From contig CAWIIB010000001.1 of the NCBI GenBank assembly GCA_963836075.1, positions 1,856,001 through 1,920,000 on the forward strand: a DNA stretch of 64,000 bases, read 5' to 3'. The position numbers and the translations under genes were made by a program. Of the stretch, positions 20,865 to 30,339 are shown piece by piece (positions within the stretch are counted from its first letter, which is position 1; every line of letters begins with the position of its first letter). Origin of the DNA: an uncultured Acidobacteriota bacterium. Lineage in GTDB: Bacteria; Acidobacteriota; JAQAZP01. The notes below the pieces were generated by a model that was not told the origin of the DNA, made no database searches, and worked only from the letters and a program-made list of their open reading frames with translations.

Positions 20865-23150
20865 ATGTTCGACAGACCCAGCCGGCCCAGGGATGAGCAG
20901 ACCAGCACGGGCGGGATTCCGCCCGGAAACGATACGGCTCACACCGGGGACACCGTTCTGGTGGCCATCGCCGGCAACCCCAACGTGGGCAAGACCACGG
21001 TCTTCAACCAGCTCACCGGTCTGCGGCAGAAGGTGGGCAACTACCCCGGCATCACCGTCGAACGCAAGACCGGCTATCTCACCGCCGCCGATGGACGGCG
21101 GATCGAGGTGGTGGACGTTCCCGGCACTTACAATCTGCACCCCAAGGCGCTGGATGAGGAAGTGGCCTACCGCGTGCTCATCGGCGCCATCGAGGGGGGC
21201 CGCGCCCCTGACCTGGCGGTCTGCGTGGTGGACGCGGCCAACCTGGAGCGGAACCTCTACCTCGTCTGTCAGATTCTCGATCTCGGCCTGCCCACCGTGG
21301 TGGCGCTGAACATGATGGATGCGGCGGAAAACGCCGGGATGAAGATCGATGTTGACCGGTTGAGCCGCGATCTGCAGGTACCGGTAATCCCCATGGTGGC
21401 CTCCAAAGGGGTCGGGATTGCCCAGCTGAAAGACGCGGTGACCGGAACGCCTCCCCCCTGCCCGCCGCGGCGGTGGCACCTCGAGCCACAGGTGCAGCAG
21501 GAGGTGGACGCCCTGAGTGACCGCCTGGGCCGCGAGCTGACCGAGCTGACCGAGGCCCAGCGCTTTGTGGACGCGCTCCGGGCGGTGGCCCACGAAGGAG
21601 CGGCTTTCTTCGAAACGCACCATGACCAGGCCTTCTGGGATGAGGTGAAGCAGGCCCGCCAACGCCTGGAAGACGCGGGAGTGGCCTACGAGCAGGCCGG
21701 GATCAGCGGCCGCTACGCCTGGATCTCACCGCTGGTGAACAAGGTGGTCCGCCACCGCCAGGCCCCGCAGCTCACTGCCAGTGACCGGGTGGACGCGGTG
21801 ATCACCCACCGCGTGGCCGGGCCGCTGATCTTCATGCTGCTGCTGATGCTGATCTTCCAGTCGGTGTTCACCGCGGCCGTGCCGCTGATGGACGGCATCG
21901 ATTTCGGGGTCAGCGCGCTCAGCGAGTGGCTGGAGCAGGTGCTCCCCGGCGGCATGCTGACCAGCCTGCTGGTGGACGGGGTGGTGGCCGGGTTCGGGGC
22001 GGTGGTGATCTTCCTGCCCCAGATCCTGATCCTCTTCTTCTTCCTCGGACTGATGGAGGACAGCGGCTACATGGCCCGGGCCGCCTTCATCATGGACCGG
22101 TTGATGAAGCGCTTCGGGATGAGCGGCCGCTCGGTGGTGCCCCTGGTCAGTTCGTTCGCCTGCGCCGTTCCGGGGATCATGGCCACCCGGAACATCGAGA
22201 ACCACCGCGACCGGCTGGTAACCATCCTGGTGGCGCCGCTGCTCACCTGCTCGGCCCGGCTGCCAGTCTACACCCTGCTCATCGGCGCCTTCGTCCCCCA
22301 GGCCTACTTCCTCGGTGTCTTCGGCTACCAGGGCACGGTGCTGCTGGGCCTCTACCTGATGGGCATCCTTTTCGCCGTGCTGGCCGGCGCCATCCTGCGC
22401 CGCTTCGTGATCCGGGGCAAACAATCGCCGTTCATCATCGAGCTGCCGCCCTACCGGGCACCCCGCCTCCGCGACGTCCTCTACCAGATGGTGGAACGGG
22501 CCTGGCTCTTTGTCACCCGCGCCGGGGCGATCATCATCTCCATCAGCATCGTCCTCTGGTTCCTGGCCAGCTTCCCCGACGCGGGCAGCAAGCCGGGGCT
22601 GGAAGCGGCGCGGGACGAACTTCTGGCAGCCCACCAGGCATCCATCGCCACAGCCGCCAGCCCCGGAGCGGAGACGGAACTGGCCGCGGCACTGTCGGCG
22701 CTGGACGGGGAGCAGGCCCGCTACCGGGTGGCCCACAGCTACATCGGCCGCATGGGGCGGCTCATCGAACCGCTGATCGCCCCGCTGGGTTTCGACTGGA
22801 AGATCGGCGTGGCCCTGATCTCCAGTTTCGCCGCCCGGGAGGTGGCGGTGAGCGCCCTGGGCACCATCTACAGCATCCAGGACGCGGACGAGGGCAGCGA
22901 GAGCCTGCGTGAAAGGATCCGCAACGACGTCAACCCGCGCACCGGCAAGCCGGTCTTCACCCCACTGGTGGCCTACAGCCTGATGGTTTTCTACGTGCTG
23001 GCCTGCCTCTGCATGAGCACCCTGGCCATCGTCAAGCGGGAGACCAACAGCTGGCGCTGGCCGCTGTTCATGCTCGGCTACATGACCGTGCTGGCCTATG
23101 TCGCCTCGCTGATCACCTACCAGGGCGGCCGGCTGCTGGGATGGGGCTGA
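20865..23150 (+). CDS. feoB: Ferrous iron transport protein B
   Basis: GNPNVGKT, VGNYPGITVE, DVPGTY, LNMMD, LMEDSGYMARAAF, FIIELPPY, FAAREV. Confidence 0.97.
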   Translation: MFDRPSRPRDEQTSTGGIPPGNDTAHTGDTVLVAIAGNPNVGKTTVFNQLTGLRQKVGNYPGITVERKTGYLTAADGRRIEVVDVPGTYNLHPKALDEEVAYRVLIGAIEGGRAPDLAVCVVDAANLERNLYLVCQILDLGLPTVVALNMMDAAENAGMKIDVDRLSRDLQVPVIPMVASKGVGIAQLKDAVTGTPPPCPPRRWHLEPQVQQEVDALSDRLGRELTELTEAQRFVDALRAVAHEGAAFFETHHDQAFWDEVKQARQRLEDAGVAYEQAGISGRYAWISPLVNKVVRHRQAPQLTASDRVDAVITHRVAGPLIFMLLLMLIFQSVFTAAVPLMDGIDFGVSALSEWLEQVLPGGMLTSLLVDGVVAGFGAVVIFLPQILILFFFLGLMEDSGYMARAAFIMDRLMKRFGMSGRSVVPLVSSFACAVPGIMATRNIENHRDRLVTILVAPLLTCSARLPVYTLLIGAFVPQAYFLGVFGYQGTVLLGLYLMGILFAVLAGAILRRFVIRGKQSPFIIELPPYRAPRLRDVLYQMVERAWLFVTRAGAIIISISIVLWFLASFPDAGSKPGLEAARDELLAAHQASIATAASPGAETELAAALSALDGEQARYRVAHSYIGRMGRLIEPLIAPLGFDWKIGVALISSFAAREVAVSALGTIYSIQDADEGSESLRERIRNDVNPRTGKPVFTPLVAYSLMVFYVLACLCMSTLAIVKRETNSWRWPLFMLGYMTVLAYVASLITYQGGRLLGWG

Positions 23151-23371
23151 TGATGAAGATGGACCTGCAGTTTATCGCTGTCCTGGGGATCGTGATCCTG
23201 GCTGCCGTCTACGCCGGCTGGCGCTTCCTGCGGCAGTTCTTCCGGGCCGACGACGAGGCGGCGGCCTGCGCCAGATGCCCGGCCGCCAAGCCTGATTTCT
23301 TCAGCGCTACGGACGGTGAAGCAGCAGCACCGTCGAGTGACGGGCCACCGTCAGACGAGCCCCGGGGCTGA
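23150..23371 (+). CDS. FeoB-associated small Cys-containing membrane protein
   Basis: TGATG coupling to feoB; one TM helix then CARC. Its 3' end overlaps the convergent methyltransferase gene. Confidence 0.7.
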   Translation: MMKMDLQFIAVLGIVILAAVYAGWRFLRQFFRADDEAAACARCPAAKPDFFSATDGEAAAPSSDGPPSDEPRG

Positions 23372-24323
23372 ACCCGGCGTCCCCGAGCCAGCCCAGCACC
23401 TCTTCCTCACTGTACGACCGGCCCTCTTCGGTGCCCACCAGCATGTTGATACTGAACACCGCCGGCCAGAGCGGCCCGGTGCGGTCCCGCTCCACAAAGA
23501 AGTCCTTGAGGATCAGACGGCCTCCCGGCTCCAGCGACCTGAAGATCCGGCCGAACAGGTTCCGGTTGGCCTCCGGCCCCAGGGAGTGGATGATGTTGGA
23601 GAGCAGCGCCAGCTGGTTGCCTGCCGGCAGCTCATCCCGCAGGTAGTCGCCCCCCACGGCGCTGACCCGCTCTCCCAGACCGCGGGCAGCGACCTGTTCC
23701 TCGGCGATGGGCACCACCTCGGGCAGGTCGAAGACCACCGCACGGAGCTCCGGATTGTGCTCGGCGAACTGCAGGGCGTAGGTGCCCGGACCGCCGCCCA
23801 CGTCGAGCAGAGTCATCGGGCCCCGGGGGTCGAGGGCCCGCACCAGTTCCCGGGCACCCTGGGCACCGATGTTGGCCATACCGAGGATGAAGTCCCGCCG
23901 CGCCCCTTCGTCCTCCCGGGCGCCGGGCGCCTCCTTCCGCGGCACCGGCTTGCCGCTGGTCACCACTTCGGTGAGTTTGGACCAGCGGTCCCACAACCGC
24001 TCGTGGTGCCCGAGAATGTCTCCCACATAGTGTGCCCCCCCGGGAACCAGGTAGTCCTCCCGGCCGGTGGCAACCCGGTAGCGCCCGTCCTCCTTGGCCA
24101 GGAAACCCATGGCGCAGAGAGCGTCCAGCAGCATGGCGCAGGCCCGCGGGTCGGCCCCCGCCGCTTCGGCCACCTCACCGGCCTCCACCGGCCCCCGGTG
24201 GCCGAGAATGCCGAAAAGGCCCAGACGGATCGCGGTGAGCAGGATCCTCGACTGCATATACTGAGACCCGACGGTGGTGATCGCTTCGATATCGAGACGT
24301 GCTTTGTGACTGGTCATCTCCAT
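23307..24323 (-). CDS. Class I SAM-dependent O-methyltransferase with dimerisation domain
   Basis: SRILLTAIRLGLF, LLDALCAMG, LLDVGGGPG, FDLPEV, GGDYL, LSNIIH. Start at 24323 or 24317. Confidence 0.9.
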   Translation of the reverse strand: MEMTSHKARLDIEAITTVGSQYMQSRILLTAIRLGLFGILGHRGPVEAGEVAEAAGADPRACAMLLDALCAMGFLAKEDGRYRVATGREDYLVPGGAHYVGDILGHHERLWDRWSKLTEVVTSGKPVPRKEAPGAREDEGARRDFILGMANIGAQGARELVRALDPRGPMTLLDVGGGPGTYALQFAEHNPELRAVVFDLPEVVPIAEEQVAARGLGERVSAVGGDYLRDELPAGNQLALLSNIIHSLGPEANRNLFGRIFRSLEPGGRLILKDFFVERDRTGPLWPAVFSINMLVGTEEGRSYSEEEVLGWLGDAGFSPGARLTVARHSTVLLLHRP

Positions 24324-24409
24324 CCCCCATCCAGCTGTCCGTTGTTCCCGGTGCGAAGGTTGAGAGGACCTGCTCCGCATCCCAAAGGCAATGCCGCGGC
24401 CTTTCGTTC

Positions 24410-24454
24410 TTGACAAATCGCGTGATGGACGTATATTTCTTAGGCAAGCCGTAA
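24410..24454 (+). promoter_or_regulatory. Promoter of the DtxR-family gene with a putative autoregulatory box
   Basis: TTGACA(24410)-N16-TATATT followed by TTAGGCAAGCCGTAA at 24440-24454. Confidence 0.6.
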
Positions 24455-24484
24455 ATTGTTGGGGACATTTGACAGAGGATTGCC

Positions 24485-24997
24485 ATGGCCCGGGAGGAAT
24501 CACTGAGCGCCAGCCTCGAGGACTACCTGGAGGCGATCTACCTCATCATCGCCGAGAAGAAGGTGGCCCGGTCCAAGGACATCACCCGCAAGCTGGGGGT
24601 CAGTGGGTCCTCGGTCACCGGGGCGCTCCGGGCCCTGGGTGAACGCGGCCTGATCAACTACGCCCCCTACGACGTGATCACCCTCACCGACCACGGTGAA
24701 GATCTGGCCCGCAACATCGTCCTGCGCCACGACACGCTGAAGAACTTCTTCCACAAGGTGCTGTTCATCGACGAGGCCGAAGCGGAACGCTCGGCCTGCG
24801 AGATGGAGCACTCCCTCTCCCGCCCCATCCTGCATCGCATGGTTTCCTTCATCGAGTTCATGGAGAACTGCCCGATGGCCGGTGTGGAGTGGGCCGAAGG
24901 CGTCGGTTTCCGCTGCTCCCACGGCGAGAATATCGAAAACTGCCAGCGCTGCCGTGACGAGTGGAAAACAGGGCGAAAGCGGGCGAGTCGCCCGTAG
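24485..24997 (+). CDS. DtxR/MntR family metal-dependent transcriptional regulator
   Basis: SLEDYLEAIY, SVTGALRALG, RHDTLKNFF, ACEMEH; Cys-rich tail. Confidence 0.94.
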   Translation: MAREESLSASLEDYLEAIYLIIAEKKVARSKDITRKLGVSGSSVTGALRALGERGLINYAPYDVITLTDHGEDLARNIVLRHDTLKNFFHKVLFIDEAEAERSACEMEHSLSRPILHRMVSFIEFMENCPMAGVEWAEGVGFRCSHGENIENCQRCRDEWKTGRKRASRP

Positions 24998-25199
24998 TTT
25001 CAAGTCCTGACCAGAGCCGCCTGACCCTGTCCTCATTACCGCCGGCATGGCGAATCCTGTCCGGAATTTTTTAACCGAAAAATTCCATTGACAGCATATA
25101 ATATCGACAGTTAATATAGACTATAAGCTGGTGGTCTATCTCACTAGCGAAGTTGCGCCTGGTGCGTCTTCGTTACATCGTCACGGGAATGTTCGAACA

Positions 25200-25859
25200 A
25201 TGATCAGTTCAGCCGCCCTGGATATCATCGCCGGCCAATATGAAGTTATCGGAAATTTGCCGCGGACAGCCCTGGATTCGCTGAGAGCAGAGGCCCGGAC
25301 ATTCCAGGCGTCGGCAGGCACCCGGATGTTCGAGGTGGGTGATCCCTGCCAGGGTTTCCCCCTGCTCATCGAGGGTGAGATACAGGTGGAGCGCATGTCA
25401 GCCAGCGGACGCCGGATTCTCCTGTACACACTGGCGCCGGGAGACAGTTGTATCCTCAGCGTCAGCAGCCTGTTGGGCCAGGGCAGATACCCGGCCAGCG
25501 GCATCGTCTCCGCCGATGCTGTGGGCGCAACCATCCCGCGCCCGGAATTTATCCGTCTCCTGGAGAAAGAGGAGCTTTTTCGAACCTATGTCTTCCGGTT
25601 TTTCTCGGAGCGGATCACCAGCCTGATGTCGCTCATCGAAGACCTCGCCTGCCACAAGATCGGTCATCGGCTGGGGCGCATCCTCGCCGACGGCCCCGCA
25701 AAACTGGAGATGACTCACCAGGACCTGGCCAGCAGGCTAGGCACGATCCGCGAAGTGATCAGCCGCAACCTGAAAGAATTCGAAGATAAAGGATGGATCA
25801 AACTCGGCCGTGGCCGAATTGAAATCATCGACGCCGCCATGCTCAAAAAAAATCGATGA
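25200..25859 (+). CDS. Crp/Fnr family transcriptional regulator
   Basis: cNMP-like domain (G.I.V.R.S.SGR.I.LY.L.PG.SC) and HTH MTHQDLASRLGTIREVISRNL. Start uncertain. Confidence 0.92.
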   Translation: MISSAALDIIAGQYEVIGNLPRTALDSLRAEARTFQASAGTRMFEVGDPCQGFPLLIEGEIQVERMSASGRRILLYTLAPGDSCILSVSSLLGQGRYPASGIVSADAVGATIPRPEFIRLLEKEELFRTYVFRFFSERITSLMSLIEDLACHKIGHRLGRILADGPAKLEMTHQDLASRLGTIREVISRNLKEFEDKGWIKLGRGRIEIIDAAMLKKNR

Positions 25860-26014
25860 AATGTATCCACAGTCACTGACTTTTGCCCCGGAAAGACATA
25901 AATATTCCACTACAGCCTGAATCAAACTATTTCAACAGACCGCACCGCAACCGTGCTGTCCTGAAACTTTAGGCATTTGATCATGAATGCCCTTCTGCAA
26001 TACTGGAGTCCACA

Positions 26015-28528
26015 ATGAAGACCGTTCTCCGGATCTTTTTTGTTCTCGCCATGACCGCGGCGGCCATGCTTCCGGCCCAGGCACAGGGCCCCTCCACTGG
26101 GATCGCCGGAGAAGGCCCTGATGGCTACCTGGATGCAGATTTGATCAGACCGGTGTCCGACCAGGATCCTGGTGTTCCCGCCGCCTCGCGCCTGGAGCTG
26201 CCCGGGGACTGGAGCTGGACCTATTACCGCCCGACAAACACCGGCATCCAGGGTGATTGGAGTGGAGCGCTCTGGATCGACCCCGAAGGCGCACCTTATA
26301 TCGCGGCCTACAATCCCTTCTGGGAAGAGGGGGGCCTGGCTCGTTTCATCGAGGCCGAAAACCGCTGGGAGAATTTTTCCAATGTCGACTACCCGGAGAT
26401 CGGGGATCCGGATATCACCGGATCCGCCCGGATCGAGACCATCAGCACCGCCGAGGACGGCTCCCTCTGGATGGTGACCTGGAACTCCGTGCTTCATTTC
26501 GATCCCGACGGCGGGGCGGCCCCCTTCCGGCGTTACGATGAGTTCAACTCCCCCTTGCCGGGCGGCAGGGCCGGAGACATCGGCATCGCACCCGACGGCA
26601 CGGTCTGGAGCGCATGGCAATCGACCAGCGGCGGCGGGGGTCTGGTGCGTCACGATCCGGCCACCGATGACTGGACCGTCTGGGATGCGGTCTCCACCGC
26701 CAACGACTGGCCGGGCTGGGCCCACATCACCCATGCGGCGATCCAGCCGAAACCGGGCGGCGGCTACTACGTTCGGCTGAAAGACACCTTCTACGGTCTT
26801 GCGGTCTTCGACAGCGATACTCAGCTCTTCAGCCTGCTGCCGAGCAGCGGCACACCGGGCGAAATCGGAGGGCTGCTGCACAACAGCGTCGACGAAGCCG
26901 GCAACGCCTGGATGTTCCGGGAGCAGTCCGGCTCGGGTTGGTCCCTGGACTACCGGCGCCCTGACGGCAGCTGGGTGACCCCCCCTGCAGTCTACCCGGC
27001 CTACTATGGACTGACGGCCTTCCAGGCCTTCGGCGACACGCAGGCCCTGATGGTCGCCGCGGGAGCCGAGGTCTGGCACTTCGACGGCCTCAACTGGTCG
27101 AGCCTGGGCGACTGGCCCTCGCTCTCCTCAATCGTGGGGGGACTCGGCATGGATGCAGACGGCAACGTCTGGGTCTCGGGGTCCGGCGGCGCCGCGCGCC
27201 TCGACGCCGGAACCGGCCAGTGGCAGCGCCACCGGATCACCAACTCGTCGCAGATCGACATGTGGGTCCGGGACATCAGTTTCGGGGAAAATGGCGACGT
27301 CTGGGTCACCGGCAACGCCGGTCCGGGCTATGGAGGCTTCGGCGTCTTCGACGGCCTTCGCTGGTACAACTTCAACGATTACACCTACGGCCTGGGCGGT
27401 GACTGGGGCTTCAACACCGACAATACGGACGCCATCACCTATCGCCCGTCCACCGGGGCCGTGGCACTCAATCCCATGTTCAATGGAATCCACGAATGGG
27501 ATGGCTCGGCCTACAAAATGCTCGAGCCCGGATCTCAGATCGACGGCCTCACCGAGGACTCCCTCGGCCGGCTCTGGATCATGGGCAACTACTTCAGCCT
27601 GCGCTACCATGACGGAACCGGCTTCACCGACGTCCCCATCCTGGGCTGGGGCGCCAACGTGGTGCCGGATCCGGACCGGCCGGGCACGGTCTGGGCCTGC
27701 GCCAACGGCGAGGTGGTCCGCACCGATGGCGAGTACCTTTTCTCACGCACGACCAGCGACCTGCCCGAACTGAACCCGCTGCACGACGTCTTCACCACCG
27801 TGGCGGTGGACCGCAACGGCGTGGCCTGGGTCGGCAGCACCGAGGGCCTGTTCCGTCTCGATGCGGAGACCGGCACGCACCAGTGGTGGCACTCGAGCAA
27901 TTCCGCACTGCCCGGCGACCAGGTCACGCCATTGGCGGTGACGCCGGACGGACGAGTGTGGTTCACCAATTTCAACAGTTTCGGCATCGAAGCCTCGCTG
28001 GTCTGGTTCGACGGCAACGAGTTCGGCACGATCACCCGGGACGAGGGCTTGCCTCACGCCCAGATCTACGATGGCGAGGCACGCGCCGTGCCGGGCGGGT
28101 ACGAACTCTGGATCTCCTGCGCCAGCCGCGGCATCGCGGTGCTCAACGTACCCTTCAGCAATACGGTGGCAGCCGGCTACAGCTGCACCCCGGATTCGGG
28201 AACGGTGCCCTTTGCCACCACCATGACCGTCCGACTGGACAACCTGTCACCCGACTCCAACCGCCGGATGGCGGCCCGGCTCGACGCGGCGCTGGCCGGC
28301 GGAATGACCGTCACCGGCTGGCGCAACGGATTCACCAACATCTCCCCCTCGAGCTCGTTCCAGACCTCGTGGAACCAGGCCATTCCGGCCGTCGGCGGTG
28401 TGATCGGCAACAACGTGTTCACCCTCGTCGCCGAGGACGTGACCCCGCCGCCGTTCAACCAGCCGCCGTATCCTCCCGCCGGGGATACGGACAGCGCGGC
28501 CTGCACCGTGACGGGCGTATCGCCATAA
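26015..28528 (+). CDS. Secreted multi-beta-propeller protein (two-component-regulator-propeller-like blades) with the conserved C-terminal domain
   Basis: Signal peptide ending AQA; repeated D.DG.VW and NS.LP motifs; CTD at ~28166-28528. Confidence 0.85.
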   Translation: MKTVLRIFFVLAMTAAAMLPAQAQGPSTGIAGEGPDGYLDADLIRPVSDQDPGVPAASRLELPGDWSWTYYRPTNTGIQGDWSGALWIDPEGAPYIAAYNPFWEEGGLARFIEAENRWENFSNVDYPEIGDPDITGSARIETISTAEDGSLWMVTWNSVLHFDPDGGAAPFRRYDEFNSPLPGGRAGDIGIAPDGTVWSAWQSTSGGGGLVRHDPATDDWTVWDAVSTANDWPGWAHITHAAIQPKPGGGYYVRLKDTFYGLAVFDSDTQLFSLLPSSGTPGEIGGLLHNSVDEAGNAWMFREQSGSGWSLDYRRPDGSWVTPPAVYPAYYGLTAFQAFGDTQALMVAAGAEVWHFDGLNWSSLGDWPSLSSIVGGLGMDADGNVWVSGSGGAARLDAGTGQWQRHRITNSSQIDMWVRDISFGENGDVWVTGNAGPGYGGFGVFDGLRWYNFNDYTYGLGGDWGFNTDNTDAITYRPSTGAVALNPMFNGIHEWDGSAYKMLEPGSQIDGLTEDSLGRLWIMGNYFSLRYHDGTGFTDVPILGWGANVVPDPDRPGTVWACANGEVVRTDGEYLFSRTTSDLPELNPLHDVFTTVAVDRNGVAWVGSTEGLFRLDAETGTHQWWHSSNSALPGDQVTPLAVTPDGRVWFTNFNSFGIEASLVWFDGNEFGTITRDEGLPHAQIYDGEARAVPGGYELWISCASRGIAVLNVPFSNTVAAGYSCTPDSGTVPFATTMTVRLDNLSPDSNRRMAARLDAALAGGMTVTGWRNGFTNISPSSSFQTSWNQAIPAVGGVIGNNVFTLVAEDVTPPPFNQPPYPPAGDTDSAACTVTGVSP

Positions 28529-28682
28529 GGGAGACATAGTAAACAGACACGTCTCGAGGACGTGAAATCGCTATTGAAGCAAAAGAGAGTAAAACCCGTT
28601 CAACCGATCTTCGTGCGATCCCGGCACTGGCCCTATCGGCCCCGATTGTCCCGATCGCCGACAGTATGAAGGAGTCAGTACC

Positions 28683-30263
28683 ATGCGCACCACCCATTTC
28701 CTTTTCATCGCCATAATGACCGGTCTTGTCGCCATTGCGCCTCCGGCCTGGGGGCAGGTGATCAACGAGGATCTCAAGGTAGTGGGAAGCGGCGGAGCCA
28801 CAGGTGACGAGTTCGGCTATTCCCTCGCCATCGACAACGGCCTCCTCGTCGTGGGGGCGCCCTACAGCGACGACAACGGTCTCGATTCCGGTGCGGCGTA
28901 TCTGTTCCAGGCCTCCACCGGAGCCGAATTGTTCATGCTGACCCCGGCCGACGGCGCGGCGGGAGACGGGTTCGGCTTCTCCGTCGCCATCGCGGGCGGC
29001 ATCGTCGCGGTGGGTACGCCCGGAAAGGGTGACAACGGCGCCGACTCCGGCGCAGCTTACCTGTTCGACGCTTCCACCGGGGCGCAAATCGCCAAACTCC
29101 TGCCCAGCGACGGCGCGGCGGGGGACGAGTTCGGCAATTCAATTGCCATCGATAATGGCATCGTTGCCGTCGGAGCCTGGCGAGCTGACGAGTATGGCGA
29201 CGGCTCTGGCGCGGCGTATCTCTTTGATGCGTCAACGGGGAATCAGCTAGACAAACTGTTGCCGGACACGGGCAACAACTATCAGACCTTCGGCGTATCG
29301 ATCGCCATGGACGCCGGGATCGTTGCCATCGGAGCGCGTACATACTTTGTCCTTGGTGAGGGCTATACCTTTGCCAAAGCGTATCTGTTCGATGTGTCTT
29401 CGGGGAATCAGCTCAACGTGCTTCAGGCGGATATCGAGAACTACAACGGAGATCTGGGTGGCCAGTTCGCCGATAGCATCGATATCGATAACGGCTTGGT
29501 CGCCGTGGGAGCTCCGTTCAGGAGCGTCTTCTTCGACTTCTCTGGCGCTGCATACATATTTGATGCCTCGACGGGAGAGCAACTCCACTTCATCTTCCCC
29601 GCCGACGGCCACGACCGGGACCACTTCGGCGCCTCGATTTCCATCGACAACGGCGTCCTTGCGATTGGTGCGGATGAGGACGACGACAGCGCCTGGAGCG
29701 CCGGCTCCGCGTATCTCTATGACGCCGCCGACTTCACGCTGATCGACAAGCTCCTCGTGAGCGACGGGGCGGAATTCGATCTCTTCGGATCTTCCATTGC
29801 CATCGACAACGGCCTTGTTGCTGCCGGGGCGATTGGTTTTGGAGGCAGCGGAACCGAGACAGGTTACGTGGGCGTGTTTTTTGCACAGCCCACGACCACC
29901 GTCTCCGCCTCGCTGAACTGCCTGCCGTCCTCGGGCATGGTGCCCTTTGCCACCACCATGACCGTGCAGCTGGAGAACCAGTCCCCTGACTCCACCCGCC
30001 GGGTGGCGGCAAAGCTCAATGCCGCGCTGGCCGGCGGGCAGACCGTCGCCGGCTGGCGCAGCGGGTACACCAACATCGCCCCCTCGGGCTCGTTCCAGGC
30101 CTCGTGGAACCAGGTCATCCCGGCTGTCGGCGGTGTGATCGGCATCAACGTCTTTACCATCGTTGCCGAGGACGTTACCCCCGCACCGTTCAATCAGCCG
30201 CCGTACTCTGCCGCCGGGGATACGGACAACGCGGCCTGCACCGTGACGGGCCTGGCTCCCTGA
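28683..30263 (+). CDS. Secreted FG-GAP repeat protein with the conserved C-terminal domain
   Basis: Signal peptide ending AWG; seven DEFG.S.AID...VGA...SGAAYLF repeats; CTD at ~29901-30263; AAGGAG RBS. Confidence 0.9.
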   Translation: MRTTHFLFIAIMTGLVAIAPPAWGQVINEDLKVVGSGGATGDEFGYSLAIDNGLLVVGAPYSDDNGLDSGAAYLFQASTGAELFMLTPADGAAGDGFGFSVAIAGGIVAVGTPGKGDNGADSGAAYLFDASTGAQIAKLLPSDGAAGDEFGNSIAIDNGIVAVGAWRADEYGDGSGAAYLFDASTGNQLDKLLPDTGNNYQTFGVSIAMDAGIVAIGARTYFVLGEGYTFAKAYLFDVSSGNQLNVLQADIENYNGDLGGQFADSIDIDNGLVAVGAPFRSVFFDFSGAAYIFDASTGEQLHFIFPADGHDRDHFGASISIDNGVLAIGADEDDDSAWSAGSAYLYDAADFTLIDKLLVSDGAEFDLFGSSIAIDNGLVAAGAIGFGGSGTETGYVGVFFAQPTTTVSASLNCLPSSGMVPFATTMTVQLENQSPDSTRRVAAKLNAALAGGQTVAGWRSGYTNIAPSGSFQASWNQVIPAVGGVIGINVFTIVAEDVTPAPFNQPPYSAAGDTDNAACTVTGLAP

Positions 30264-30284
30264 ACCGGCCGGTAACTTGACATA

Positions 30285-30330
30285 CAAAAAGCCCCCGGAC
30301 CGGCACACGCCGTTCGGGGGCTTTCTTTAT
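30285..30330. terminator. Bidirectional intrinsic terminator
   Basis: AAAAAAGCCCCCGGACCGGC...GCCGTTCGGGGGCTTTCTTT between convergent genes. Confidence 0.85.
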
Positions 30331-30339
30331 TACGTCGAT

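Noticed and set aside
28166-30263. Similar CTD copies (and the RRM duplicates) as a DGR template/variable repeat pair
   Set aside because: Differences are not adenine-specific, many are synonymous, and no reverse transcriptase is in the window.
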